Positions 12,849 through 23,192 of a DNA stretch of 64,000 nt are shown one piece after another; the stretch's first letter is position 1, and each line of letters starts with the position of its first letter. The position numbers were made by a program, and so were the translations under genes. Source of the stretch: Dendrobates tinctorius (lineage: Eukaryota); NCBI RefSeq assembly GCF_039654945.1, contig NW_027361716.1, forward strand, positions 19,902,001-19,966,000. The letters are read 5' to 3'. Under the pieces are notes generated by a model. That model did not search any database, was not told the DNA's origin, and saw only the letters and a program-made list of their open reading frames with translations.

Positions 12849-14054
12849 ATGGAAGGCAACACTGCATCTGGTGGAGGGGTAAGTGCGCATAGCGCAGACC
12901 ACCCTCCCCACCCGTCCCCACAGCCCAGGATAAGGGAAGAGATTCAGGCCTCTACAACCCGGCGTCGATCCCCCAGCCCTGGGCCAGGTCGCAAGCGTCC
13001 GAGGTGGGAACCAGTCCCAGTATCAGAGGCGAGCCCTAGCGAGGAATCCCATTTCCGGGACTCAGATCAGGAGGAAGAAGGCGAGATCCTGGGGGATAGT
13101 CAGGAGCAGAACAGAAAGTACCTATTCAGACTGGAGGATACGGACGAGCTGGTACACACGGTCAGAAATACCATGCAGATGAAAGAAGTCCCTAAGCCAC
13201 AGTCCAGACAGGACTTAATGTTTGGAGGACTGGTGTCCCGCAAACAGGTGGTGTTCCCTGTGAGCGAGCACATCAAAGCAATGATCCTGGAGGAGTGGAA
13301 AGAAGCAGAGCGTCGGTTGACACTCTCCCGAAACTTTAAAAATAGACTGCCCTTCGATCCCGAGGAAACTCGGGCGTGGGAAGAAGTCCCTAAGATCGAC
13401 GTCCCGGTCGCCAAGGTTACTAAGAAGTCGGCTATCCCAGCCGAGGACTCATCCGGTCTTCGAGACCCGATGGATAGAAAGGCGGACGTCTTGTTAAAAA
13501 GAGCATGGGAGACGTCGGCGGCCCTGATTAGAGCCAACATAGCAGCCACCTCGGTGGCTAGGTCTATGTTCCTATGGTTGGGGCAGTTGGAAGAACACCT
13601 AACCAACAAGACCCCGAGGTCAGAGATACTAGCATCTCTTCCTCTCTTGAAATCAGCCACGGCGTTCCTGTCGGATACGTCGGCAGAATCAGTTAGGTTT
13701 GCGGCCAGAAACAGCTCCCTCTCTAATGCGGCCCGGAGAGCAGTCTGGCTTAGATCCTGGTCGGGGGATAACTTTGCCTTAGAAGGGTTATGTGCCATCC
13801 CTTTCTCGGGTCTGAGGGTGTTTGGTCCAGCCCTGGATAATATCCTTGAGCTGGTGTCCGATAAGAATAAGGGATTCCCGGAAGAAAAGCCCAGGCGGTC
13901 CCAGTCCTTTCGGAGAGGCTCCTTCTTCAGAGGACAGTCAGAGTTTAGGGGCCGGGCGAGGTCTAATAGAAGTTCCTACAAAGGCTCCTTCAGCCAAAGT
14001 GGAAGGAACAGAGGTCCCCCATTTGCATCGACATCTAGATCGAGGAGACAATGA
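12849..14054 (+). CDS. DIRS-A gag-like ORF1 (LAP2alpha-like C-terminal region)
   Basis: 401-aa ORF with PKIDVPV, DPMDRKAD and ARRAVWLRSW motifs typical of vertebrate DIRS ORF1. Confidence 0.88.
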   Translation: MEGNTASGGGVSAHSADHPPHPSPQPRIREEIQASTTRRRSPSPGPGRKRPRWEPVPVSEASPSEESHFRDSDQEEEGEILGDSQEQNRKYLFRLEDTDELVHTVRNTMQMKEVPKPQSRQDLMFGGLVSRKQVVFPVSEHIKAMILEEWKEAERRLTLSRNFKNRLPFDPEETRAWEEVPKIDVPVAKVTKKSAIPAEDSSGLRDPMDRKADVLLKRAWETSAALIRANIAATSVARSMFLWLGQLEEHLTNKTPRSEILASLPLLKSATAFLSDTSAESVRFAARNSSLSNAARRAVWLRSWSGDNFALEGLCAIPFSGLRVFGPALDNILELVSDKNKGFPEEKPRRSQSFRRGSFFRGQSEFRGRARSNRSSYKGSFSQSGRNRGPPFASTSRSRRQ

Positions 14055-15932
14055 CGCCATAGGCATTGGGGGGAGACTTCGCCACTTTGCAGCAAACTGG
14101 TCACGAGTCACCAACAATCAGTGGGTCCTCAGAACCATCAGAGAAGGTTACAGGATAGAGCTCTATTCTCCTCCCCCCGACAGATATATTGCCCCCACTG
14201 TCGTCCAGGAGGACTCCGCAATGTGGTCGGATCTTCAGGACATGTTAGACTCAGGGGTCATAATACCAGTTTCACCGTCAGAAAGAGGGAAAGGGCACTA
14301 CTCTTCCCTGTTTGCAATCACAAAGAAATCCGGCGAGGCCCGCACCATCATAAACCTGAAGCCACTAAATGCTTGGGTCAGATACAGGAGGTTCCGGATG
14401 GAATCGATCCGATCCACAATTCCTCTGATAGACAGGGACGCAGTTATGTGCACCCTAGACCTAAAAAAGGCATACTATCAGGTTCCTATTCATCCCTCAT
14501 CCCAAGGCCTACTAAGGTTCGCGATCAGTTCACCAGCCCGGACCTGCCATTTCCAGTTCCAGGGTCTTCCATTCGGGCTGGCCTCAGCTCCCAGGATCTT
14601 TACAAAGCTGGTGGTAGAGGTGGTGGCCTACCTGAGAGATCAGGGTATTGTGATTGTGCCGTACCTGGACGACTTCTTACTGGTGGCAAGATCCAAAGAA
14701 GCGCTCATCCGAGACAGGATCCGAACAACTACTGTGATGGAGTTCCTGGGCTGGGTGATCAACTGGGAGAAGTCGGACCTCACACCAGACACCAGAAAGG
14801 TATTCCTGGGAGTCCTCCTAGACTCAGCCGACAGAATATCCTGGCTACCCGAGCAGAAGCAGAAGTCCATTCAGGCCAGAACCAGAGGCCTGTTGAAGCG
14901 TCAATGCTCCATAAGGGAAGCAATGGAGGTCCTGGGCCTCATGACGGCCTGCATCCAGTGTGTCCGTTGGGCCCAATTCCACTCGCGGTTGTTACAAAGA
15001 GATTCTCGCGAGGTGGGACAGGAGTCAGGCGTCGCTAGACAAACCCCTAAGGCTCTCAGGACGAGTAAAGGAGTCCCTTCGCTGGTGGTTACAGGCCAGG
15101 AACCTTCAGGTGGGCGTGCATTGGACAACCTCTCCATACGTGGTAGTCACCACAGACGCAAGTGCGTGGGGATGGGGAGCCCACATAGAAGGGAAGATCT
15201 TCCAGGGGAAGTGGCCAGCAGGCATCAAGGCCAGATCCTCCAATTTCAAGGAACTCTTCGCGGTCTGGGAAGCGTTGCGGAGAAACCGGTCGGTACTAAA
15301 GAGTCGTCATGTTCGCATTTTATCCGACAATACAACGACAGTGGCATTCCTGAAACACCAAGGAGGAACCAGACATCAACCACTACAGGCACTGGCGGAA
15401 AAGATATTCACGTGGGCAGAACGGACAGTTCGATCCGTGACCGCGGTACATCTAGAGGGTTCCCAAAACGAAGTGGCAGACTACCTGAGCAGACAACAGA
15501 TCCACCCGACAGAGTGGGAATTGAACGTAGAGATCTTCGACCAGCTTTGTCAGCGCTGGGGGAACCCCAGTATAGATCTCTTCGCAAGCCGGAAGAACTC
15601 GAAGGTTCCCAGATTCTACTCCCTAAATCCGATGGATCATCCAGAGGGCGTAGACGCCCTGAGTCAGACTTGGGGAGAATCCCTCTCATGCATTCCCACC
15701 ACTGGCCCTCATACCGGCAGTGCTCAGAAAGATACGCGAGGACCACGCAAGAGTGATATTGATAGTGCCATACTGGCCGAGGAGAAGCTGGTTTTCCCTT
15801 CTGGGAGCCATGGCAGTAGAAGATCCAGTCGAGCTGCCCTTGTGGGAGAACATCATCCACCAGGGCCCGATCCACCACCCGGACCCAGCAAGACTCCATT
15901 TATCGGCTTGGATCCTGAGAGGGACATCCTGA
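14047..15932 (+). pseudogene. DIRS-A pol: reverse transcriptase, RNase H, Dam-like methyltransferase domain; two frameshifts
   Basis: LDLKKAY, LPFGL, YLDD; TTDAS..WGA, SDNTT; DLFA, AFPP, PYWPRRSWF; frameshifts near 15000 and 15683. Confidence 0.9.
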
Positions 15933-16948
15933 AGGCAAAAGGATTGTCGGAGCAGGTCATTTCCACCCTACAGGCCAGCAGGAAGCCGGTGACGTTGGCA
16001 ATTTATCGGAAGATATGGAAGAGATTCTGTCTGGAGGGTGGCAGGTCCGAGCTCGTGGCAGGTACCCCTGATCTCCCTAACATACTAGGGTTCCTGCAGG
16101 CAGGTTTTAATAAAGGCCTCAAGCCCAGCACTCTAAAAGTCCAGGTTTCAGCTTTGAGCGCCCTCTTCGATTATCAGTTAGCTGCACATCCCTGGGTGAT
16201 AAGGTTTATAAAAGCCACACAGCGCCTGCGCCCCACGATTAGGCAGCTCACCTTGCCATGGGACCTGGGCCTGGTACTTCGGTTCCTCTGCTCGGACACT
16301 TTCGCCCTTAGTGAGAAGATAGCCATCCCTGCTCTCACTCGTAAAACGGCCTTTCTAGTAGCCATTACCACGGCCAAAAGAATAGGGGAGATCCAGGCCC
16401 TATCCACTAAGGATCCATACCTCCAGATACGAGAGGATAGTATAATCCTAAGGTTAGACCCGGCATTTACCCCGAAGGTAGCCTCTACAAGAAATCTGAA
16501 CCAGGAGGTAGTGTTACCCTCTTTCTGCGATAATCCCCGAAATGAGAAGGAGCGGCGGCTCCACTCGCTAGACGTGAGGCGCGCAGTTATAGAATACCTA
16601 GAGGCCACCAATAGTTGGCGTGTCGACCCGAACCTGTTCGTTCTCTTTGGAGGTAGGAATAAAGGGAAGAAGGCCTCTAAGGCGTCCATCGCGCGTTGGA
16701 TTACCTCAGTAATCTCGGACGCCTACCAGGCTGAAGGCGCCAGCCCGCCTGATTCCTTGAAAGCCCACTCTACGAGGGTGGTATCGGCCTCATGGGCCGA
16801 GCGGGCGGGGGCGTCAGTTGATCAAATTTGTCGAGCGGCAACCTGGGCTAGTCTTAATACATTCTGCAAACACTACAAACTAGATGTGTTAGCTGGCCAA
16901 CAAACCGCATTTGGGAGAAAAGTTCTCCAAGCAGTAATCCCACCCTGA
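15920..16948 (+). CDS. DIRS-A tyrosine recombinase domain (3' part of the long ORF3 overlapping pol)
   Basis: KRIGEIQAL, HSTR, AATW and FCKHY catalytic motifs; uninterrupted. Confidence 0.92.
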   Translation, partial: RDILKAKGLSEQVISTLQASRKPVTLAIYRKIWKRFCLEGGRSELVAGTPDLPNILGFLQAGFNKGLKPSTLKVQVSALSALFDYQLAAHPWVIRFIKATQRLRPTIRQLTLPWDLGLVLRFLCSDTFALSEKIAIPALTRKTAFLVAITTAKRIGEIQALSTKDPYLQIREDSIILRLDPAFTPKVASTRNLNQEVVLPSFCDNPRNEKERRLHSLDVRRAVIEYLEATNSWRVDPNLFVLFGGRNKGKKASKASIARWITSVISDAYQAEGASPPDSLKAHSTRVVSASWAERAGASVDQICRAATWASLNTFCKHYKLDVLAGQQTAFGRKVLQAVIPP

Positions 16949-17398
16949 GGAGGTGCTTTGGTACTCTCCATAGTGCTGTCAGGTGGACGTCCTGGAAAAT
17001 AGGTATTAGACCTACCGGTAATGATGTTTCCAGGAGTCCATCCTGACAGCACGGGTAGTTCCCTCCCTGTTATGTTTTACTATGTTGTATTATGTTATGT
17101 CATATGCTGTAATATGATTGTTTCATTAAACCGTTACTAGCATCATCCACCTTGTGGTACTTGTCAAATCACTGAGGGAAAGGGGGTGGGACATGGCCTT
17201 TTAACCTCTCGTGTGCTTTCCTGTCCCTGTAAGGAGGAGGAGGACGTCCTCCATAGTGCTGTCAGGATGGACTCCTGGAAACATCATTACCGGTAGGTCT
17301 AATACCTATTTTTTTTTAAACTTTTTTAAAATTTTAATAAACTTGTTTAATAAAGCTTTGAAACCATAAAACTGGTCATTTTTATTTAAATACACACA

Positions 17399-19853
17399 TT
17401 ATAAATCTGTGTAGTGTGTGGTGGAAATACTGCTGTAGGGGCTGCGGGACACTTCGACACTGGGAGTGTGGAGAGAGGACTGGGATCGTGGTGGGGAAGG
17501 AACAGTTAGAGGTGAAGGTGTGGAAAAAACTACAGAATGGGTGGACATGTGGGAAGCAGAAGAGGTGGTGGGTGGTGGAGTGGAGGGTTGGGCAGGGACT
17601 GTAGGAGCAGATGTTGATGGCAAGTTGTATGGGGCAGGTTGCTGGTATGGGGCAGGTTGCTGGTGCTGGGGAGGTTGCTGGTGCTGGGGAGGTTGCTGGT
17701 ATGTAATAGGAGGGAGAGGATGGAAAGTGGCTGGAGGGGGTGTAGATGTAATAGGAGGGGGAGGATGGAAAGTGGCTGGAGGGGGTGCAGGTGGAGGAAC
17801 TACTGTGGTGGGAGGAGGAGGTTGGGAGGTAACTTGCTGGAGAGCAGCGTGGCATGAATGCATTACATGCATCTGCTGGGCAGGAGAGAGCGTTTCCATG
17901 CGCTCCACAACAGACCTGAAAAAGGTGTGGTTTGGCGAAGATCTTGCTTCTGAATGCATGGTTTGCAGAAGTGTCTTCACCTCCAGAATGCTGGAGTTGA
18001 TCTGCTGAAAGCCTGCGGAGATTTGCTCTGACAAGACTTTTAGACAGTTCTGGAAAGATGCATTCAGATGCAAGAACTCTGGTGCATAAGTCTTTTCCTG
18101 ACCCCTCTGCCGCTGCCGCCCAGTACCCGCAGGTGTACTAGAGGTGGCAGGGGCAGAAGGGTGGGGTAAAGGGAAAGCGATCTCCTCACCAGCAGCTTCA
18201 TGTAATGTAGGCGGCCACGATGCTCCTGTGCTGGTGGATGGGACAGATGGGTCGAATGTGTGGGAAGGCTGGGAAGGTGCAGATGTACCGGGGCGGTCGA
18301 AGTGTCCCTCGGTGCCGGTCTCCTCAGGGATCGCCTCAGAAGGGTCCAATCGTGCAGGCTCCCGAGTGCTGCTCACCGTGCTGTGGAATAAAGAGAAAAA
18401 ACAATTAAAATAGTGACATGGTATGGCCCTGGCTGAAAAAAAAGTTACATCTAAACATTTTTTTGTCACATGTGGTGTGTAATATTTACCTTCTGGTGAG
18501 CATTGTCTCCCGGAGGAACGACAGGGCTCGTGCGTACTTGTACTTGCTCCTGCGTCCTCCAGATCCACTCGGGGCCCGCATCTCTTTATTGAACTCCTTC
18601 TTGAAACGATCCCTCACAGACCGCCACCGCTTCACAATTCTCTCCCCTGAAACGAGAAAGGACAAAGTGGTTAGTATACAACATCAGTGTTTCCCAAACT
18701 CCAGTCCTCATGGTCCCCAGGGGTCATGTTTTCAGGATTTCCAAAGTAAATAGAAATCCTGAACACATGATCCGTTGGGACCACGAGGACTGGAGTTCGG
18801 GAAACACTGGTTTAAATCAAGCAACCGGTACTGTATATACTTACGCTCTTTAATCTGGGCCCGAGCTTCGGGGTCCTCCCAGCGGTCCACAAGGAGCGAA
18901 CAGATTTCCTCCCAGAGTCGTCGGGTAACGATCAGGTCAGCGTGGCGGCGGTCAGCCATATTCCAGAGTGGCTCCCTTTCTCTGACGAGATCGATGAGGC
19001 GGTCCACTTCAATCCCTCCATCCTCACCGTCAGAGTCGGGAGCACGCTGTGAAGGCTGTTAAAGAAAAAGACAAAAATAACATAATTAGCCTCCACAAAA
19101 GAAATGAAATAAAAAGTGCAAAAAAACAAAGCAAAAATATTTATACTTACACGCTGGTGACCGCCGCGTTGCTGTCGCCGACGACCCTGGGAGGCACTGC
19201 TAGGACCTCTTGGCCGAGCACCAGATTGGGAAGACTAGAGAAGAAAACAAAAAATGTTATGTCTTTGGATGTAGGCATTTGTTTGCTGTGTGTGGTCTGC
19301 AGAACATTGTTTTCTATGTGTTGTGTGTAGTGTGATGTTGTGTTTCTGCGTTTGATGCAAAAAACTTACCAATTGTGAGCCCACTCCAGGTGTCTGTCCA
19401 CCCCTTCCTTCTTCTTCTGGGAGCTCCTCTTCATCTTGTGATTCCTGTTTTGAAATAAAAGGCAATGAATACACATATATTACAGAGATGATGGATTTTG
19501 GAAATAAAAACTTACCGTCAAACGCTGACGATGCGAGGGAGGGCTCCCAGAAGATGTGCTGTCTTCCTCATGGCCAGACTCCATGGCTGTGGGTGGTGTT
19601 TCTGCTGCTGCCATTGCTGCTGCTGCTGCATCTATTGGGCGGCTGTTGAATAAAGAGAAACAAAGGGCCAATGAATATCTTGATATTCCATAGCCCTAGT
19701 TTGGAGGAATGGGGGATTTGATAATTACCGTCTCTCATCTGCTGCTGGACTCCCCTCCCGTTCAGCATGCTGCTCCATTTGGGGTGGTGCTGATGGTGCT
19801 GCTGCAGATGTCTGCTGCCTTCTCCTGCTCCTGGTTCTTGGCTTGGGTGGCAT
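17399..19853 (-). CDS. Harbinger MADF/Myb-SANT DNA-binding protein, 7 coding exons, about 586 aa, intact
   Basis: Exons 19853-19729, 19642-19516, 19444-19370, 19234-19151, 19055-18845, 18646-18490, 18380-17399; all GT-AG and phase-compatible, total 1761 nt; LIDLVREREPLW..WEEI..KRWRSVRDRF..LSFL; BESS-like FFRSVVERMETL; TATA near 19886-19895. Confidence 0.88.
18685..18809. mobile_element. 125-bp hAT-like MITE inside an intron of the MADF gene
   Basis: TIR cagtgtttcccaaactccagtcctc / gaggactggagttcgggaaacactg; no clear TSD. Confidence 0.75.
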
Positions 19854-21458
19854 GTTGGGTGTGGCTGAGGGTCCCATTGTCTTGCTTTTATATATGTCCT
19901 GTGGGCAGAGCTACTGAGCATGCTCAGACCAAAGAAACCGGATCCGGCTGTCGCCGGATCCGGCGCATTGCGGCGCTCATAGGCTTTCATTGTATGAAAA
20001 AGCCGGACACGCCGGATCCGGCGTGTCCGGCTTTTTCGCCGGAGACAAAAAACGTTACAGTAGCCGTTTTTTCCAGACGCCGGATTGCGTCACACTGCCG
20101 GATCCGGCGAAAATCGGATGAAACGCATGGCCATCCGGCTCTAATGCAAGTCAATGGGGGGGAAACCGGATCCGGCATTGCATTTCGCCGGATCCGTTTT
20201 TAGTCAAAAGCGCCGGATCGCGCCTGACGCCGAAAACCTGATGTGTGAAAGAGGCCTAAGCAAGGAGCCACAATGTGGTTTTGCTGAAGTACTCTATTGT
20301 GTGGGGTGCGAGTGTTGGAGTGTGGTCAGGAGCCTCCAACTTACCTGGATGGTGGGGCACCACACCTTTGGAGAAGGTGCAGTACCTCTGTGGTGACTGA
20401 GCCTCAGGGGCGCCACATGGGCTAATCAGAGACCCAGCAACTCTTAGTGTCTACAGAAATGTGTAAGTTGTGCTTATAGTCAGGTGTAAAACTGCTACGT
20501 GTAAAGTAACATAACTGATCCTTTATGCCTGAAGAATTCACCAATGTAGTTTACTTGCTGAGGTGCATAGATAAAAGGACACTGATCGCGAGGTATTTAT
20601 TGTATGATCTGAATGTGACCTTTCTGTGAAGTCCAATGTGCTCTTTTGTTTTCTTTTTTTATAATGTATGCAGTTTACTGTAACAGCCCAGCACTCAGTC
20701 CTCTGATCTCTGCTCTACAGTGAGGATACACCATGGGCATTAAAGGGACATGAAGACTAACTTCACACTGGGTGTTTCTGCTGCATTTTTTTCTGCTGCA
20801 TTTTTTTCTGCTGCATTTTTTTCTGCTGCAAACCCTGATTTCTTGGCAGGAGAGAGGCTGCAGCAAAAAACTCATGTTTTGTTGTGGTTATTTCATGTGT
20901 TTTTTGGGCTAACTTTTGTTTTTTCATGCTAATAAAGTTTAATGCCCCCAGAGGGGAAAAATAATTCCTGTAGAACCTTACCTGTGGATCATGATCAGAC
21001 TGGAAAAATCGCATGATGGATGAAAAGCCGGCAATTCGGCATCCGTGTACAGTAAAATCACAGCAGGACCCAACAGGATAGAATATATGGATTACATACA
21101 GTATATACATAGAATATATAGCTGTCGGTGACATGCACAATTAGTACATTGTGCCGCTTGCTGTACATGTACTTAATTATTAAAAGATTATTTTTCAGAA
21201 AAGGCATGGGCTCCTGAGTAATTTTCTTAACCAGGGAAAGCTGACTGCTGGGGGCAGATGTTTATACCTTGGGAAGGGGGTTAATACCACTGGAGGATCC
21301 CAGGCTATTAATATTGTCTCACAGCTGTATACTTAGTCTTTACTGGCTATTAAAATGGGGGACCCCCCAAAAAAAATGTAGGGTCCCCCTATAATTACCA
21401 GCAAAGTCTAGGCAGACAGCTATGGGCTAATAATTGCATAGGAAGGGGCCCTAGATAT

Positions 21459-23100
21459 TCATAGAATCATAGAATGGTAGAGTTGGAAGGGACCTCCTGG
21501 GCCATCAGGGCCAACCCCCTGCTCAAAGCAGGATTCGCTAAATCATCCCAGACAGATGTCTGTCCAGCCTCTGTTTGAAGACGTCTATTGAAGGAGAACT
21601 CGCCACCTCTTGTGGCAGCCTGTTCCACTCACTGATCACTGTCAAAGGTTTTTCTAATATCTAATCTGTGTTTCATTCCATTGCTTCTAGTCTTTCCTTG
21701 TGCAAATGAGAATAAAGATGATTCTTCTACAATGTGACAGCCCTTGAGATATTTGTAGACAGCTATTAAGTTTCCTCTGTCTTCTCTTCTGCAAGCTAAA
21801 CATTCCCAAATCCTGCAACCTTTCCTCATAAGACAGGGTTTGCAGACCGGTCACCATTCTGGTCGCTCTTTTCTGAACTTGCTCCAGTTTGTTGTTTTTT
21901 TGGGTTTTTTTTTTTTAAATGTGGCGCCCAAAACTGGACACAGTATTCCAGATGCGGTCTGACCAAAGAGTAGAGGGCAATAATGACTTCACATGATCTA
22001 GACTGTATGCTTATGTTAATGTTAATACATCCTAGAATTGCATTTGCCTTTTTTGCTGCTGCATCACACTGTTGACTCATATTCAGTCTGTGATCAATTG
22101 GTATACCCAAGTCTTTCACATGTGCTGTTGCTTAGCCCTATTACTCCCATTTTGTATATGCTTTTTTCATTTTAAATGCCTAGATGTAGTACTTGCATTT
22201 TTCCCTGTTAAAAAACAGTCTGTTAGTTGCCCACTGCTCCAGTTTACTTATCTTTTTGAATCTTCTCTAGTATTAGCTATCCCTCCTAGCTTTGTGTCAT
22301 CAGCAAATTTAATCAGTTCACCCTCCATTCCTTCATCTAAATCATTGATAAAGATGTTGAACAATACAGGGCCCAGGACAGAGCCCTGTGGTACCCCACT
22401 TGAGACATTCTTCCAACTGGATGTGCAGCCATTTACGACCACTCTTTGGGTCCGATCACTAAGCCAGTTATGAATCCTCCTAACAGTTGCCTTGTCCATT
22501 CCATACTTAGCCATTTTTTCAATAAAGATTGTGTGAGATACTTTGTCAAATGCTTTGCTGAAGTCAAGATATACTATATCTACAGCATTTCCCTGATCCA
22601 CCCAATCAGTGATTCTGACATGACTTATTAGTTACAAACCCATGCTGACTCTGTTTAATCACTTCATTCTTATCCAGGTACTTGCATACATGTTTAATAA
22701 TTTGTTCAAAGATCTTTCCTATAGAAGTCAAACTCACTGGCCTATAGTTCCCTGGGTCCACCTTCCCTTTTTTTTTTTTTTTGAAGATATGAACAACATT
22801 TGATCTTAAGTCTTATGGGACTTCTCCTGTTCTCCAAGAATTTTCAAAGATTATAGAGAGGGGTTCAAAAATTTCTTCTGCTATCTCCTTCAGAACTCTG
22901 GGGTGTAATTCATCTGGACCTGGAGACTTGAATTCATTTAGGTTAGCTAAGTGTTTCCTTACTAACTTTCTGTTTATAGATATCCTGGATTCTTCTATTC
23001 CCTTAATAGGACATTGAAGAACTGTTGATATTACATTTCCTTTCTGAGAGAAAACAGATGCAAAATAGAAATTTAAAAGTTTGGCCATCTCAACATCCAG
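21459..23100 (-). mobile_element. 5'-truncated CR1 LINE
   Basis: [48 protein letters not shown]; 3' tail (ATTCTATG)n on the minus strand. Confidence 0.93.
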
Positions 23101-23192
23101 GCTAAAAACATCAGCTCTCATTTGCCCCAGAGGTTAGTATTAGAGAAGCTTCAATATGCCCCCATTACTAACCCCATAGAGATATTGTATAA

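Larger units (their letters stand above)
12202..17310 (+). mobile_element. DIRS1-type retrotransposon A (near-intact)
   Basis: ITRs 12202-12314 and 17170-17310 (2 mismatches in the ~95 bp shared part); ICR 16966-17052 is the reverse complement of the joined right+left termini; no TSD, T-run junctions. Confidence 0.97.
10095..20256 (+). mobile_element. Full-length PIF/Harbinger transposon with a nested DIRS
   Basis: 46-bp TIRs with 2 mismatches (ggctactttcacacatcagg...), TAA TSD, ccggatccgg subterminal arrays, convergent transposase and MADF genes. Confidence 0.95.
8221..20417 (-). mobile_element. Solo LTR (Gypsy-like, ~1.3 kb net) split by a hAT MITE and the Harbinger element
   Basis: TG..CA ends with TGGG on both sides (8217-8220, 20418-20421); both ends resemble those of the LTR at 37393-38522 in reverse orientation. 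Confidence 0.7.

Noticed and set aside
13920-14040. Splice acceptors that could join the gag donor to pol
   Set aside because: The three AG candidates checked (13930, 13993, 14038) lead into the third frame, neither pol nor YR.
12849-14054. Host LAP2alpha/TMPO gene
   Set aside because: Lies inside DIRS ITRs; it is the element's ORF1.
14960-16948. 662-aa RNase H-MTase-recombinase fusion ORF
   Set aside because: An artefact of the indel near 15683 joining the pol frame to the YR frame.
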